Both the position numbers and the translations under genes were made by a program. The notes below the pieces were generated by a model. It made no database searches. It had not been told where the DNA came from and saw only the letters and a list, made by a program, of their open reading frames with translations. This document shows positions 25,849 to 36,559 of a stretch of 61,288 nucleotides of DNA, one piece after another; position 1 is the first letter of the stretch, and every line of letters starts with the position of its first letter. Origin of the DNA: an uncultured virus (IMG/VR IMGVR_UViG_2923073944_000003) (Duplodnaviria > Heunggongvirae > Uroviricota > Caudoviricetes). The DNA lies in IMG/VR virus record IMGVR_UViG_2923073944_000003, positions 62,001-123,288 of that record; one strand, 5' to 3'.

Positions 25849-27624
25849 ATGGCTTCGAGAAAGAACTTTCAAAGAGATAATTTTAAATACACCAAACAAA
25901 GTTCAAGATTAGACAGCGACCCTGAATTCAACTCCCCTGTTCAAGCAAATCAAAATAAGGTTGATACTTTTGAGCGAAATTTAGACAAATGGATTGAATT
26001 TGTTCAATGGGCAAGGTGGTTTCCTGATTTATGGTACGACTTAATTAAGCCAGAAAAAGGCGGCATGAGGCTAGACTTAGATCAAAGGGTTTTCCTAAGA
26101 TGTATGAGTCGTTTTGTAAGTACGTATGGAGTTTTCCCTCGTGGGTTTGGTAAAACGATGCTTGAGTTAATGTCAATTTACCATACTGCTATTTGGTTTC
26201 CTGATATCACAATAGCCATGTCAGCACAAACCAGAGAAAACGCTGCTTCAATTAGTGAAGAGAAACACAATGAAATTATGAAGTGGTTTCCTTTAATGAA
26301 AAATGAATTAGCTGGGAGACCTTCTTTTACTAAAGACTCTGTTGAGGTTAAGTTTTCTTCAGGAGGAGTTTATTCTGTACTGGCAAATGCACAGTCTACA
26401 AAAGGCCAGCGTAGAAGAAGGCTAAATGTTGAAGAATCAGCTCTTTTAAATAACGAGCTATTTAAAGATGTGCTTGAACCAGTAGTAAACGTACCCAGAA
26501 GAACAATTGGTAAGCTTGCTACAGTAAACCCTTTTGAATTGAACGGAATGATTAATTACCTAACAACGTCAGGCTATCGAGGATCGGATGAATTCAACAG
26601 GATTTTAAACATGCTTGATGAAATGGCTGATTTAAAAGGGAAAATTGTTCTAGGAGCAAGCTGGGAGTTACCTTGTCACTTTGGCAGAGGTGAAACACGG
26701 ACTCAAATACTTGCAAAGAAAAACGATCCTACAACCTCATCAACTGCTTTTGCAATGAACTATGAGTCTAAATGGGTTGGTGCGAGTGATGGAGCACTTA
26801 TCAACATTAGCAAATTGATCAAAGCAAGGACAATTACAAACCCAGAACTGACCTGCCCTAGAGATAAGAATAAGAATTTCTTATTAAATGAATATGTGAT
26901 TGGGGTCGATGTTGCCCGCTCAAGTGAAAAGTCAAACAACAAAACAGCCATCATTGTTCTGAAGATTATTCGCAACTCCAATAATGCAATTAGACAAGTC
27001 CAGGTTGTAAATATAATCGAGCCACCAAATGGTTTGAATTTTAAAGAGCAATCGATCATGGTTAAAAGAGTTTTCAAAAACTATGGAGGTAATGAAGATC
27101 TATCTATATCAAGAGTTAGAGCTGTGATTGTGGATGGAAACGGAGTCGGGAGTGGACTAGTGGATAGACTTCTAGAAGATGTTACAGATCCAGAAACGAA
27201 TGAAGAATTAGGATGCTGGGCAACAATCAATACTGATCAGAAGCCAGATGTTCCAAACTCCCCTGCTATTGTTTACAACCTCAAATCTCAAGGGATTAAT
27301 GACAAGATTATTACCACTTTCTTAGATTATGTTGAATCTGGAAAGTTGAAATTATTGAGACCATATGAAGAAATAAAAAGCAAAAAAGTCATCAGCGACG
27401 ATATAATGGTTGAGGCCACATGTATTCAAACACAATTATTAATTGATGAAGTAGCCAACTTAAGGCTAAAGAAAACACAGAACTCAATTAGCGTTGAACA
27501 AGTAGTTAAACGTATTGATAAAGATAGGTACAGTGCATTGAGTTACGCTCTTTACTACATAGCTTTATTTTTAGAAAAAGAAGAATCCGATGATGAGTAT
27601 TCATTTGGATTCTTTTTTAATTAG
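25849..27624 (+). CDS. yonF: Terminase large subunit
   Basis: PRGFGKT Walker A, GQRR, VEES Walker B, IGVDVAR nuclease, KDRYSA. Confidence 0.93.
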   Translation: MASRKNFQRDNFKYTKQSSRLDSDPEFNSPVQANQNKVDTFERNLDKWIEFVQWARWFPDLWYDLIKPEKGGMRLDLDQRVFLRCMSRFVSTYGVFPRGFGKTMLELMSIYHTAIWFPDITIAMSAQTRENAASISEEKHNEIMKWFPLMKNELAGRPSFTKDSVEVKFSSGGVYSVLANAQSTKGQRRRRLNVEESALLNNELFKDVLEPVVNVPRRTIGKLATVNPFELNGMINYLTTSGYRGSDEFNRILNMLDEMADLKGKIVLGASWELPCHFGRGETRTQILAKKNDPTTSSTAFAMNYESKWVGASDGALINISKLIKARTITNPELTCPRDKNKNFLLNEYVIGVDVARSSEKSNNKTAIIVLKIIRNSNNAIRQVQVVNIIEPPNGLNFKEQSIMVKRVFKNYGGNEDLSISRVRAVIVDGNGVGSGLVDRLLEDVTDPETNEELGCWATINTDQKPDVPNSPAIVYNLKSQGINDKIITTFLDYVESGKLKLLRPYEEIKSKKVISDDIMVEATCIQTQLLIDEVANLRLKKTQNSISVEQVVKRIDKDRYSALSYALYYIALFLEKEESDDEYSFGFFFN

Positions 27625-27642
27625 AAATTGAGGAGGTGAATA

Positions 27643-29184
27643 ATGACTACACCTGAACCACAGCCATCATATGAGTTTAATACAAATTTAGCGCCGCTTG
27701 ATTCGTTGTTCTTTAATGATTTATTTAACGGCATTTCTTACGACAAAGTTAAATCATGGCTGAAAGACCACAACGTTTACAATAAACAGATTAGGGATGC
27801 CTCTAAATTGCTTTATAACGCAAATGGTGTGTATAGAAACGTTATTGACTACATGGTAGCCCTCCCTACTTTAGACAGAGTTATTTTGGGATCAAGTAAA
27901 GTAGCTGATTTCAAATTGAACAAACAAAAGTTCAATTTGGCTTTAAGGAAAATCAGCGACAAAAGTGTTGTCAGGGATGCATTAGGAAAACTCAGCAAAT
28001 ACGGCACTGGTTTTTATTATTTTGATTCTGTAGCCAATGATTCTTTTCCCACCACTCTAAGTGACAATGAGATCGGATCAATAACTGAATCAAATGCTAT
28101 TGACGCCTTTAATTGTTCCGTCCTCCCTCTTCCTCTGGATTATTGCAAAATTATAGGCAGGAAAAATTCCTCTTATCAGTTAGCTTTTGATGTCTCCTAT
28201 TTTGACAAGTTCACAAGTAACGGAAGATCGCTCAAGCTTAGACGATGGCCAGAAGAAATCAGACAAGGCTATAGGGCTTATAAGAAAGACCAAAATCGAA
28301 AATGGTTAGTTCTTGATAACAATAAGACTATTGCTGTTAAAGGAAGTAGCGACATTGAAGATCAATGGGGACGCCCAATCGGTTTATCCGCATTTATTGA
28401 TATGGTTTATGATGAATACTTTGTTGACACTAAACGAAACATTTTAGATGAGCTCAACAGCACTTTAATTTATCAGACTTTCCCTGAAGGTGATCAAAAA
28501 GGCAAATCAGCCTTATCTCAAAAGCAACAGGAGCAGCAGCATGAGAATATAAAAAAAGCGTTAGTTGCTAAAGGAAGCGTTAAAGGTGTTAAGTTCTTCT
28601 CTTTGGCCTCTGGAACAAAATTAGACAAGTTGGAAACTAATGTAGATTTCTTGAAGGTTAAAGGTGAAGACGAGCTCATTAAACGAATCACTACAAATTT
28701 AGGATTTGCAGGATCTGCTCTCAATGGTCAAGACGGTAACTACTCTTCTCAACAAACCAATATCGAGATGGTTTCTTCCCAAATATTCTCCTGGTTAGAA
28801 CAAATTCAAAGTGAGTTTAACAAGGTGATAAACGCCAATATCATCAAAGATCCTCGCTCTTATATTGAGGTTTACTACCTCCCTCTTACCCACGTTAACA
28901 GGAAAGAAAAAGTCCAAAACATGAAAGACCTTTATACAAGTGGTCGAGGAAGCCTTATTGCTTGGATAGCCGCTACTGGATGGAATCCTGATGCTTACTT
29001 ATCCCTAATGGAATATGAAAAAGACGAAGGTTTTGATGAAAAATTCCCTGTTCATGCGACCTCTTTCACAATGAGTAAGAATAACGATAAGTCAGCCGGC
29101 GCACCTGAGATCGATGATCCGAAAAATGAAAACACGATTAAATCGAAGACAAATAACAGTAACGGAACGCCTTCTGGCTCTTGA
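27643..29184 (+). CDS. yonE: Portal protein
   Basis: 513 aa directly after terminase; WGRP motif. Confidence 0.8.
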   Translation: MTTPEPQPSYEFNTNLAPLDSLFFNDLFNGISYDKVKSWLKDHNVYNKQIRDASKLLYNANGVYRNVIDYMVALPTLDRVILGSSKVADFKLNKQKFNLALRKISDKSVVRDALGKLSKYGTGFYYFDSVANDSFPTTLSDNEIGSITESNAIDAFNCSVLPLPLDYCKIIGRKNSSYQLAFDVSYFDKFTSNGRSLKLRRWPEEIRQGYRAYKKDQNRKWLVLDNNKTIAVKGSSDIEDQWGRPIGLSAFIDMVYDEYFVDTKRNILDELNSTLIYQTFPEGDQKGKSALSQKQQEQQHENIKKALVAKGSVKGVKFFSLASGTKLDKLETNVDFLKVKGEDELIKRITTNLGFAGSALNGQDGNYSSQQTNIEMVSSQIFSWLEQIQSEFNKVINANIIKDPRSYIEVYYLPLTHVNRKEKVQNMKDLYTSGRGSLIAWIAATGWNPDAYLSLMEYEKDEGFDEKFPVHATSFTMSKNNDKSAGAPEIDDPKNENTIKSKTNNSNGTPSGS

Positions 29185-29201
29185 GAGGAGGTGATTAGTA
29201 T

Positions 29202-30356
29202 TTGAAAAGCACGATTTTAGAAATTAACAATCAGAAAAAAACCAGTGGTCAAACATACATCAAGTGGGTCGTTCTCGAAATCCATGAAAACAATACTCAG
29301 TTCAACAAGAACGGTATTACCTGGCTGGAGAAATACATAAACGCTAACCTTGAATCAATTAAGTTAATGCCAATTTGCGCAGAATTCTTGGATGATGAAA
29401 ACAGTGAGCCATTCGGACACGGTTTAACAGAAGTCAAGGACGGCACCCCTCTCTTTGAAAACAGCGCAGTGGTTGGTACGACTACTAATGCTTACATTGA
29501 CACTATAGATGTTAATGGCGAGCCAAAAAGAGTGTTAATAGCTGAAGGCTTCCTATACAACCAGCGCTATCCTAAATTTGTTCAATGGTTAAAATCAAAA
29601 ATGTTTGATGGTGATTTCCCTGAGACCTCGGTTGAAATAGCAGCTGTAGAAGGTTCAGATGCAATTGAATATGAAGGTGGCTGGAAAGAGCAAGGGCGTA
29701 TACCTATGAAGTTTGACTTTACAGGTGATGCAATTTTAGGTATCGATCCAGCAGATGACGCTGCCATTTTACTTGAATTAAACAGTAACAAAAAGGAGGA
29801 TAATTTAATGCCAAAATCTCAAGAAGAAGTAGTCCTTGAGTTAAACAACAAACTTGATAATAAGAATAAAGAAATTGGAGAGTTAAATCAAAAAGTTGAA
29901 AAACTTACTGAGGATTTAAAGCAAAAAACTGAAGAACTGAATGCCGCTGTTAAAGCTGCAAAGGATGAAAAAGCTAAGGCAGATGCAAAAGAAAAAGAAG
30001 CGCAAAAAGCTAAGGATGAAAAAGCCAAGGCAGATGAAGAGCTTAATTCTTTAAAGGAATTCAAAAACAAGGCGGTAGCCGAAAAGATGCAAGGAGAGCT
30101 TAACCAAGCTTTAAAGGAATATTCTCCTGAAGAAAAGGATGTCGCAAAAGAGAAAATTGAAATGTTCTCTAAGTCACCTTCTGTCGAGCTTAAAAACGAA
30201 ATTATTTCTGAAATCAACTCAGCAATCGCTCGATCCTTCATCGCTGAACGCTCAAAGAAGCAAGCCTCTGAGACTAATAGCACAAATTTCGATATTTATT
30301 CAGAAGTTCGTGATTCTGGGCAACAAAGTTCAGTGACTATTGATGATCTTTATTAA
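29202..30356 (+). CDS. yonD: Prohead protease/scaffold-like protein
   Basis: N-terminal globular domain (H..., TSVEI), C-terminal K/E/A-rich coiled coil. Confidence 0.7.
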   Translation: MKSTILEINNQKKTSGQTYIKWVVLEIHENNTQFNKNGITWLEKYINANLESIKLMPICAEFLDDENSEPFGHGLTEVKDGTPLFENSAVVGTTTNAYIDTIDVNGEPKRVLIAEGFLYNQRYPKFVQWLKSKMFDGDFPETSVEIAAVEGSDAIEYEGGWKEQGRIPMKFDFTGDAILGIDPADDAAILLELNSNKKEDNLMPKSQEEVVLELNNKLDNKNKEIGELNQKVEKLTEDLKQKTEELNAAVKAAKDEKAKADAKEKEAQKAKDEKAKADEELNSLKEFKNKAVAEKMQGELNQALKEYSPEEKDVAKEKIEMFSKSPSVELKNEIISEINSAIARSFIAERSKKQASETNSTNFDIYSEVRDSGQQSSVTIDDLY

Positions 30357-30396
30357 GATAAAATAACACTTTTATAAAATTTAGGAGGAATACTCA

Positions 30397-30861
30397 ATGT
30401 TCAAATTCGGAACAATTGGTGCTTACAAACAAGTACGAAATAATCCACGCTGCAAGGCTAGTGTCGATTTAGTCCCTGGTTTAGCCGTAATCCCTAACGA
30501 TTCTTCTGGTAACGCATTCCCGCCAGGCGCATCTTCAACTGCAAAAGGTGATGTGTATGTTGTTGGAAACATTATTGATAAACCTGAAATTCGCAATAAA
30601 GAAGACTTCAAAGTTCTAAAAGGTGAATATGTCCTTGCATTTAATTTAGCAGACTTAAAAGGACTGCCAATTGAACTCAGCTCAGACGTGGTAGTTGATT
30701 ATGATGCGCTTGTTAAAGATGACGTATTGGTTCCTGCTGCGGACAAAACAGGTAAATGGGTTAAAGCTGGCGATGACGTTGCGGAGTTTAAAGTATCTCT
30801 AAAAGTCTTAGAGAAAAATACATTTGGCGGAAAAGGTTTGTACCTAACAGTACAGGCTTAA
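30397..30861 (+). CDS. yonC: Head decoration/minor capsid protein
   Basis: Position between scaffold and capsid; strong SD. Confidence 0.6.
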   Translation: MFKFGTIGAYKQVRNNPRCKASVDLVPGLAVIPNDSSGNAFPPGASSTAKGDVYVVGNIIDKPEIRNKEDFKVLKGEYVLAFNLADLKGLPIELSSDVVVDYDALVKDDVLVPAADKTGKWVKAGDDVAEFKVSLKVLEKNTFGGKGLYLTVQA

Positions 30862-30885
30862 TTAATATTCTGGAGGTAATTATTA

Positions 30886-31992
30886 ATGTTTACAGTTGAA
30901 TTAAATAATGTTCAAAAAGACTCAAACCATTATGCAAATGCTAAATTGAATGCTAAGTCCCCTATTGTAGAAATCTTTTCTGCAGCTGCAACAGGTCAAG
31001 ATCTTTCCAAGTTTGGAGCAAAAGCCAATGCTGCTATGACCCATGTGAAGGAACTAGCTTCCAAAGCTCTTATGGGCAACCCTGTAGCTAAAGCCGAGAT
31101 CAACACAATTGTGCGTTATGCCATTGAGCCTAAGCTTATTTCAGCAATTAAGCTATTTGATTTTATGGGCACATTTAGAACTATTGGCTATGATCAGCAA
31201 CCAATGATGACAACATACGCGCATGAATCCATCCGAAGCCAATTCCAAGCTTCCCGCGGTGACGTACCGTTCGCTACTACAACTTGGAGCGAATATCCAA
31301 TTGGAACTCAAACCATTTCTTCTGGCTATGCTGTTAACTATCGTGAGATTCAAAGTGGAAACCTCGATAAAGTAGCAGAAGGCATGGAGCAAGTTCAAAC
31401 AGATATGATGAACAAAGCAATGTACTATGTTGTAAATGAAATGTTCAATGCAATTAAAAATGCAACAGGCGTTAAATACTTTGCTGAAACTGAAGGTATC
31501 ACCAAATCATCTGTAGACGATATTATCACAAAGATTCGCCGATTTGGACAACCTTCTATTGTTGGTGACTTTTCTGTTGTTTCTCAGTTAAATGACTTTG
31601 CAGGGTTTCAGGCTGTAGCCGGAGATGCTTCAAGCACTAAGCTCCCTCAATCTGTGATGGATGAGATCCGAAGAACAGGATTGCTTAACACTTATAAAGG
31701 TTCTTCTGTTGTAGAATTACCTAACGCTTATAATCTTACTGAATTAAATAAAGCCGGCGACAACTTCAAAACATATCTTCCTGAAGGACTTCTTTTCTTC
31801 GTTCCTCAAGGTAAAAAATCCCCTCTTCAAGTATTCCAAAAAGGCGGACTTACTTCAATGAATGGTAACGACATTATTACTGGAACAGAGATTACTCGTT
31901 TTGATATGGAAATTGGGGCTGGTGTAGCAAAAGGACAAGAACATCAAATTGGTCTCATCAGAGACACAAAATATGAATTACCACAAATTTAA
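30886..31992 (+). CDS. yonB: Major capsid protein
   Basis: 368 aa, position, followed by terminator. Confidence 0.8.
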   Translation: MFTVELNNVQKDSNHYANAKLNAKSPIVEIFSAAATGQDLSKFGAKANAAMTHVKELASKALMGNPVAKAEINTIVRYAIEPKLISAIKLFDFMGTFRTIGYDQQPMMTTYAHESIRSQFQASRGDVPFATTTWSEYPIGTQTISSGYAVNYREIQSGNLDKVAEGMEQVQTDMMNKAMYYVVNEMFNAIKNATGVKYFAETEGITKSSVDDIITKIRRFGQPSIVGDFSVVSQLNDFAGFQAVAGDASSTKLPQSVMDEIRRTGLLNTYKGSSVVELPNAYNLTELNKAGDNFKTYLPEGLLFFVPQGKKSPLQVFQKGGLTSMNGNDIITGTEITRFDMEIGAGVAKGQEHQIGLIRDTKYELPQI

Positions 31993-32007
31993 ACAATTTA
32001 AAATCTA

Positions 32008-32034
32008 GGAGGGCTGTGTCCCTCCTTTTATTTT
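32008..32034 (+). terminator. Intrinsic terminator after capsid gene
   Basis: GGAGGGC-TGT-GTCCCTCC + T-tract. Confidence 0.7.
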
Positions 32035-32046
32035 TGGAGGGATTAC

Positions 32047-32520
32047 ATGTCTTTTAATTTAGATAAAAAGATCACAATTAAAAACCTATGTCCATGGGAT
32101 TTATATTTCCGAAAGATTGACACTCACGGAGACTTCAGATTGCCAGCCAATGGGATTAGACAGATTACAGCTGGAGAAGTGCAATCCCAAGTCTATGACA
32201 ATACCTCGCTATTCACTGGAACTGACGGTCAAGGTACTCATGCCAAAATCTATATTGATGACAAAGAAACCCGTGTACACTTAGGTTTTGAGACTGATGA
32301 TAAAGACGATAAGCAAGAAGTTGTTACTGTAGAACGGATTAAACAAATCTTGGGGTATAAAACACAAAAAGCCTTCGAAGAAAATGTTCAAAAAGAAATT
32401 TTACTTGAGTCTGAAAAAGCTCAGCTGTTTGATGTGGCTAAAAAAGAAAAGATTAATGACTACGCTAAGATTAAGTTCATTGAAGAATACACTGGATTTA
32501 AATTTGATACTCAATCATAA
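32047..32520 (+). CDS. yonA: YonA-like virion morphogenesis protein
   Basis: 157 aa, synteny. Confidence 0.6.
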   Translation: MSFNLDKKITIKNLCPWDLYFRKIDTHGDFRLPANGIRQITAGEVQSQVYDNTSLFTGTDGQGTHAKIYIDDKETRVHLGFETDDKDDKQEVVTVERIKQILGYKTQKAFEENVQKEILLESEKAQLFDVAKKEKINDYAKIKFIEEYTGFKFDTQS

Positions 32521-32532
32521 GGGGGTTAAATC

Positions 32533-32919
32533 TTGACTACCTATGATGAAATCATAAACGTTTTCCATTCAAAGTTTCAGTCAAATGAAATATTACCAGA
32601 TGGACTTGAGTATCAGTTTTTCAAGAACGCTATTGGTGAATATGAAACAGATTTAACTGAACTGGGTTTTGATAAAGAAACAAAAGATTTTAAAGAACCC
32701 CTCTCCCCTGCTCAAATTCAAATTTTAGGAAGACTCATGTACAAAGATTATTTAGGAAGATATCGAGACAGAGCCTTAAAATTAAACAACATTGTAGGAA
32801 GAGATATTCAATTGACAGGTTTATCTAATACTAAAGCTCAGGTTAATAGATCCTATGAAGATCTTGTCGATGAGATTGAAAAAAAAATGAGCAAACTAAA
32901 AGTAAATAATTTTGATTGA
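32533..32919 (+). CDS. yomZ: YomZ-like head-tail adaptor candidate
   Basis: 128 aa, MTTYDEI start, synteny. Confidence 0.55.
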   Translation: MTTYDEIINVFHSKFQSNEILPDGLEYQFFKNAIGEYETDLTELGFDKETKDFKEPLSPAQIQILGRLMYKDYLGRYRDRALKLNNIVGRDIQLTGLSNTKAQVNRSYEDLVDEIEKKMSKLKVNNFD

Positions 32920-32928
32920 GGTGGTTCG

Positions 32929-33594
32929 GTGTCTGTAGATTGGTATCTTACCTCTTCTTCAAATTATTTGAGTGGCTGGGAAAATGAAGAGTTTAATTCA
33001 AACAAGTATGAAATTTTCAAAGAAATCTTAGCAAATTCACCTGAAACTTACGATATTAAATTGAATGGCAAGCCTGCACAGGTAATAATTCAAACCACTC
33101 AGGACAGTGAAACAAAAAAAGTCCTTACAGTTTTAGGTTTATTAAATCGTGGTGACTTGATTTTGTATGACGGTAGTTACTGGTTAGTTAATTCACGCCC
33201 TACCGATAACAAAATGAATGACAGTGCTACTATGCGGCTTTGTAATTCATCAATTAGTCTAACATCTTCTGACAAACTAATTGATTCCGGAAAGATCGAT
33301 GAAGTTACAGGGAGACCGATAAAGATTAAAGTGCCTGGTGAGAAGATTGACATCCCGTGTGTTTTAGAACGGACAACCTCAACAATTGGATCAGAATTGG
33401 CTATAAATATTCCTGAAGGGCAAGCACATGTCACCATCCCCTTTTTAAAACATGAAAAATTAAAGAAGGGTCTTTTTCTTTCTTTTTATGGTGAGGAATT
33501 CCGTGTTGATGATATAGACTATTCCAAGGTCTATGGAGACATCGGAACAATTAGACTTATAGCCAAAAAGAAAGTTGGAGGTGATAGTGAATGA
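32929..33594 (+). CDS. yomX: YomX-like head closure/neck protein candidate
   Basis: 221 aa, synteny. Confidence 0.55.
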   Translation: MSVDWYLTSSSNYLSGWENEEFNSNKYEIFKEILANSPETYDIKLNGKPAQVIIQTTQDSETKKVLTVLGLLNRGDLILYDGSYWLVNSRPTDNKMNDSATMRLCNSSISLTSSDKLIDSGKIDEVTGRPIKIKVPGEKIDIPCVLERTTSTIGSELAINIPEGQAHVTIPFLKHEKLKKGLFLSFYGEEFRVDDIDYSKVYGDIGTIRLIAKKKVGGDSE

Positions 33595-34097
33595 GTATGA
33601 TGGTCGAACATATGACAACTGTATTCAGAACTATTATAAATGACACAGAATTGAATCGTCTTCTATATTATAAAGATGACCCTCTCTCCTCTTCTCTCCC
33701 TGACGTTCAGACATTGGAAAATTATTATGATCCAGTTGATGATTCCCCATCGATATTAAACTCCATAATCAAACGTGCTCCCAAAACTGATGATTTAACC
33801 GATCAACCAATTTGCAGGCTTTGTGTCTATCTTGGTAATGGAATCCCTAAACCCTCAACCCAAAGTGTGATGCTGCTAGATCAAGATTTGATGATTGATG
33901 TTTATACACACATTAACACCTATGAAGAGACTGAATTCAGGAACCTGAAAATTACGGATCGTGTTTGTGACATGCTCTTCAATCAAAATTTTGCTGGTAT
34001 CGGTAAAAATGTTAAATACACAAGACTGCTCATATCGAACGCACCTGAAGGGTATTTGGGATACAAATTGATATTTACTTTCGGAGCAAGTAAATGA
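33591..34097 (+). CDS. yomW: YomW-like tail terminator candidate
   Basis: 168 aa; RLLYY, IDVYTH motifs. Confidence 0.6.
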   Translation: MSMMVEHMTTVFRTIINDTELNRLLYYKDDPLSSSLPDVQTLENYYDPVDDSPSILNSIIKRAPKTDDLTDQPICRLCVYLGNGIPKPSTQSVMLLDQDLMIDVYTHINTYEETEFRNLKITDRVCDMLFNQNFAGIGKNVKYTRLLISNAPEGYLGYKLIFTFGASK

Positions 34098-34804
34098 ATG
34101 TGTTAAAGGATTTTTTCTTTTTAGGAAGGCCTATTAATACTGAAGTCGGTGCAATAAGCTTTATCCACTTAAGAGATTACCCAGAGTACATAAGCGAGCT
34201 AAATATGATGAAAATGAGCAAGAAGGAAATCATCAGAAACTTTTCAAAAATCAACAATGATGGTTCATTAAATGATTTAATTATCGAATTGAAGAAGAAC
34301 AGCCTCTTCAAAATTGTTCATGATTACTTACCTGAATTTAACCAAGCTTATTTTAAAGTGTTTAGCAAAGTATTTGTGGACAAAGAATCACTACATCTTA
34401 TTGATCAGAAAGCATTTAATAATGTTAGAAAATTGATATTAGAGATGCATTGCTTGACTGAAGAGAAAATTGTTGAGAATGATGAATTGCAGGAGTTTCA
34501 TGATTTAAATAATCAATTAAAGCTTCAAGATTCTCAAAATGATTTAAAGGACATCGCCAGCTGTGTGGCTGCTTTTAATGGATATACATATCAAGAGGTA
34601 GCCGATATGACAATTTATCAATTGTACCTGTCATATTACAGAATGGGCGAAATAATGAATTATAACACTTCTGCGTTATTTGCCACTGTTTCAGCTGATG
34701 TGAAAATCGGTGACTGGAATAGTCATGTTGATATGTATAAAGAAGAAAAGCACCACCTCAGTACAGCAGATGCTAAAAACTTAGAGCAATTATTCGGAGA
34801 CTGA
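34094..34804 (+). CDS. yomV: YomV-like tail assembly chaperone candidate
   Basis: 236 aa; EVADMTIYQL motif. Confidence 0.6.
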   Translation: MNVLKDFFFLGRPINTEVGAISFIHLRDYPEYISELNMMKMSKKEIIRNFSKINNDGSLNDLIIELKKNSLFKIVHDYLPEFNQAYFKVFSKVFVDKESLHLIDQKAFNNVRKLILEMHCLTEEKIVENDELQEFHDLNNQLKLQDSQNDLKDIASCVAAFNGYTYQEVADMTIYQLYLSYYRMGEIMNYNTSALFATVSADVKIGDWNSHVDMYKEEKHHLSTADAKNLEQLFGD

Positions 34805-34844
34805 CTTTCAGTCTCTTTTTCATTTTAAATTAGGAGGAAAACAC

Positions 34845-35648
34845 TTGGCAAAACAAACAGTTATCCATGAAGTTGGTAAGGTGCTAACCAAAAGGCTTAG
34901 TGACCATAAAGTCGTTGCATCTTCTGTAACGCAAATGACTCAGTTCTCGCAACAAGTCCAACAAGACTTTTTAAAAGGTGGATGGGGAAATAGAGACCTT
35001 TATGTCATCAACTCAAGCAAAGAAGTTTCAGGTAATGTAAAAAATGCTTTCTTTGATCTTGATTTTATGGCAATGCAGCAAGGTGTAAAAATTGAAAATG
35101 AGACGATTTCTGTATGGGAAGATGAAAGTCTTGTTGTAGATGATTCTGGAACGGTCAAAATCGCGTATACTCCTTTATCCAAAGTCTCACTTACAAATGA
35201 AGACGGAGATCAACAAGAATTTAGTGTTTCAGACAAAACAATTACTGTTCCTGAAACGTTTGCTACTAAAGGGAACGCTGTAACAGCTCATTATCAAATT
35301 GAAGTTGATGCAGAAACAGTTGAAATTAGTGGTGAAAAATTCTCCGAGAACTATTACTTCGAAATTCACACACTAGAGTACGATCCAAAGACATCGAAAA
35401 TTTACAGTGATCTCTATATCCAGTTGCCTAAAGTTAATTTCTCTGGTGAAGCAGACATGTCTTTAGAAGCTGGGCAAGCCTACACACCAGAAATTGGTTA
35501 CCGAGCATTAGCTGATGACAATGGCAAGATCGGTACTTTTGCACGTGTTAAGCGTAACCCAGATGGGACAAAAGGAGTTAAAACGGAACAAGAAGATGCG
35601 GCATCGAAAAGCAGTGTAGACATTGGAACAACGCAAGAAACAAAATAA
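34845..35648 (+). CDS. yomU: Major tail (tube) protein
   Basis: 267 aa, strong SD AGGAGG; KGGWGN, IQLPKV motifs; synteny. Confidence 0.7.
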   Translation: MAKQTVIHEVGKVLTKRLSDHKVVASSVTQMTQFSQQVQQDFLKGGWGNRDLYVINSSKEVSGNVKNAFFDLDFMAMQQGVKIENETISVWEDESLVVDDSGTVKIAYTPLSKVSLTNEDGDQQEFSVSDKTITVPETFATKGNAVTAHYQIEVDAETVEISGEKFSENYYFEIHTLEYDPKTSKIYSDLYIQLPKVNFSGEADMSLEAGQAYTPEIGYRALADDNGKIGTFARVKRNPDGTKGVKTEQEDAASKSSVDIGTTQETK

Positions 35649-35666
35649 CGTTAGGAGTTTGATATC

Positions 35667-36131
35667 TTGGCACTTTTAAACAAAGACGGAGACATTTACA
35701 CTTCAGCTCGAGACGATGGAACTGGTAAACCAATTACCGACATTCATCTAAAATCACAAGAAAAACCAGTACAAGTTGACTTTCCTCAAGCTGGCTTGGA
35801 TGCTATCAAAGAGATCCAAGTACAATCCCCTTCCGTGACCTTGAATGAAAGAGATCCCGGTTTCTCCTCATTTAAAACGGATAAATTCACTGTTACTTCA
35901 ACAGCTCAAAAAGTTACCGCAGGTATCACTGACAGAACAGCACTTACTATTTATCCTCCTGCAGAAGGCACGATTTATATTGGAAACTCTACTGTGACTG
36001 CTGATACAGGTATCCCATTGACAGCAGGTGACAAACCTTTTTCAGTTCCTGTCGCTGCTGGTAAAACACTTTATGTCTATGTGATTAATGACGGTACTGA
36101 CAGAGACGTAAGAGTATTTGAGGCTAAATAA
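35667..36131 (+). CDS. Virion accessory/decoration protein, beta-rich
   Basis: 154 aa; TIYIGNSTVTADTGIPL motif; followed by terminator. Confidence 0.6.
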   Translation: MALLNKDGDIYTSARDDGTGKPITDIHLKSQEKPVQVDFPQAGLDAIKEIQVQSPSVTLNERDPGFSSFKTDKFTVTSTAQKVTAGITDRTALTIYPPAEGTIYIGNSTVTADTGIPLTAGDKPFSVPVAAGKTLYVYVINDGTDRDVRVFEAK

Positions 36132-36199
36132 TTTGAGGGGATTCTTCCCCTCTCCTTTTTAAATAAAAGTCAGTTTTTAAACAGACTTAGGAGGTGGAG

Positions 36200-36559
36200 T
36201 TGTTGACAGAAACCGATGAAAATATTTTAAAAACCATTCCAGATAAAACAACCTTTACATTCCACGAAGCAACAACTGCCCCGTCTGAAGGTGAAGAATT
36301 TGTAGTATCACATTATCGGGATATTACTGTTAAGATCTCTGGTTCCTCAACTTCAAGAGAAATAAAATTCTTTGCCGTAGATGAAAATGGTGAAAAGACA
36401 GAAATTGCTGGAACAAACAAAACTGATTTTCAATTAGGTACGGGGACATTGAATACAAATGAAAACTGGGATTTCGATATTGCGGGGGTTTTCAAATTCA
36501 TGGTTGAGGTTGTTTCCGTAAATGGAGATATAACGATTAAAGGAATTGCGGTGAGTTAA
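36200..36559 (+). CDS. yomS: YomS-like tail protein
   Basis: TFTFHEATTAPSEGEEF...ISGSSTSREIKF; synteny. Confidence 0.65.
   Translation: MLTETDENILKTIPDKTTFTFHEATTAPSEGEEFVVSHYRDITVKISGSSTSREIKFFAVDENGEKTEIAGTNKTDFQLGTGTLNTNENWDFDIAGVFKFMVEVVSVNGDITIKGIAVS

Noticed and set aside
29930..30050. Repeated AAGGATGAAAAAGC units in yonD
   Set aside because: Coding repeats (AKDEKAKAD) of a scaffold coiled coil, not a DNA element
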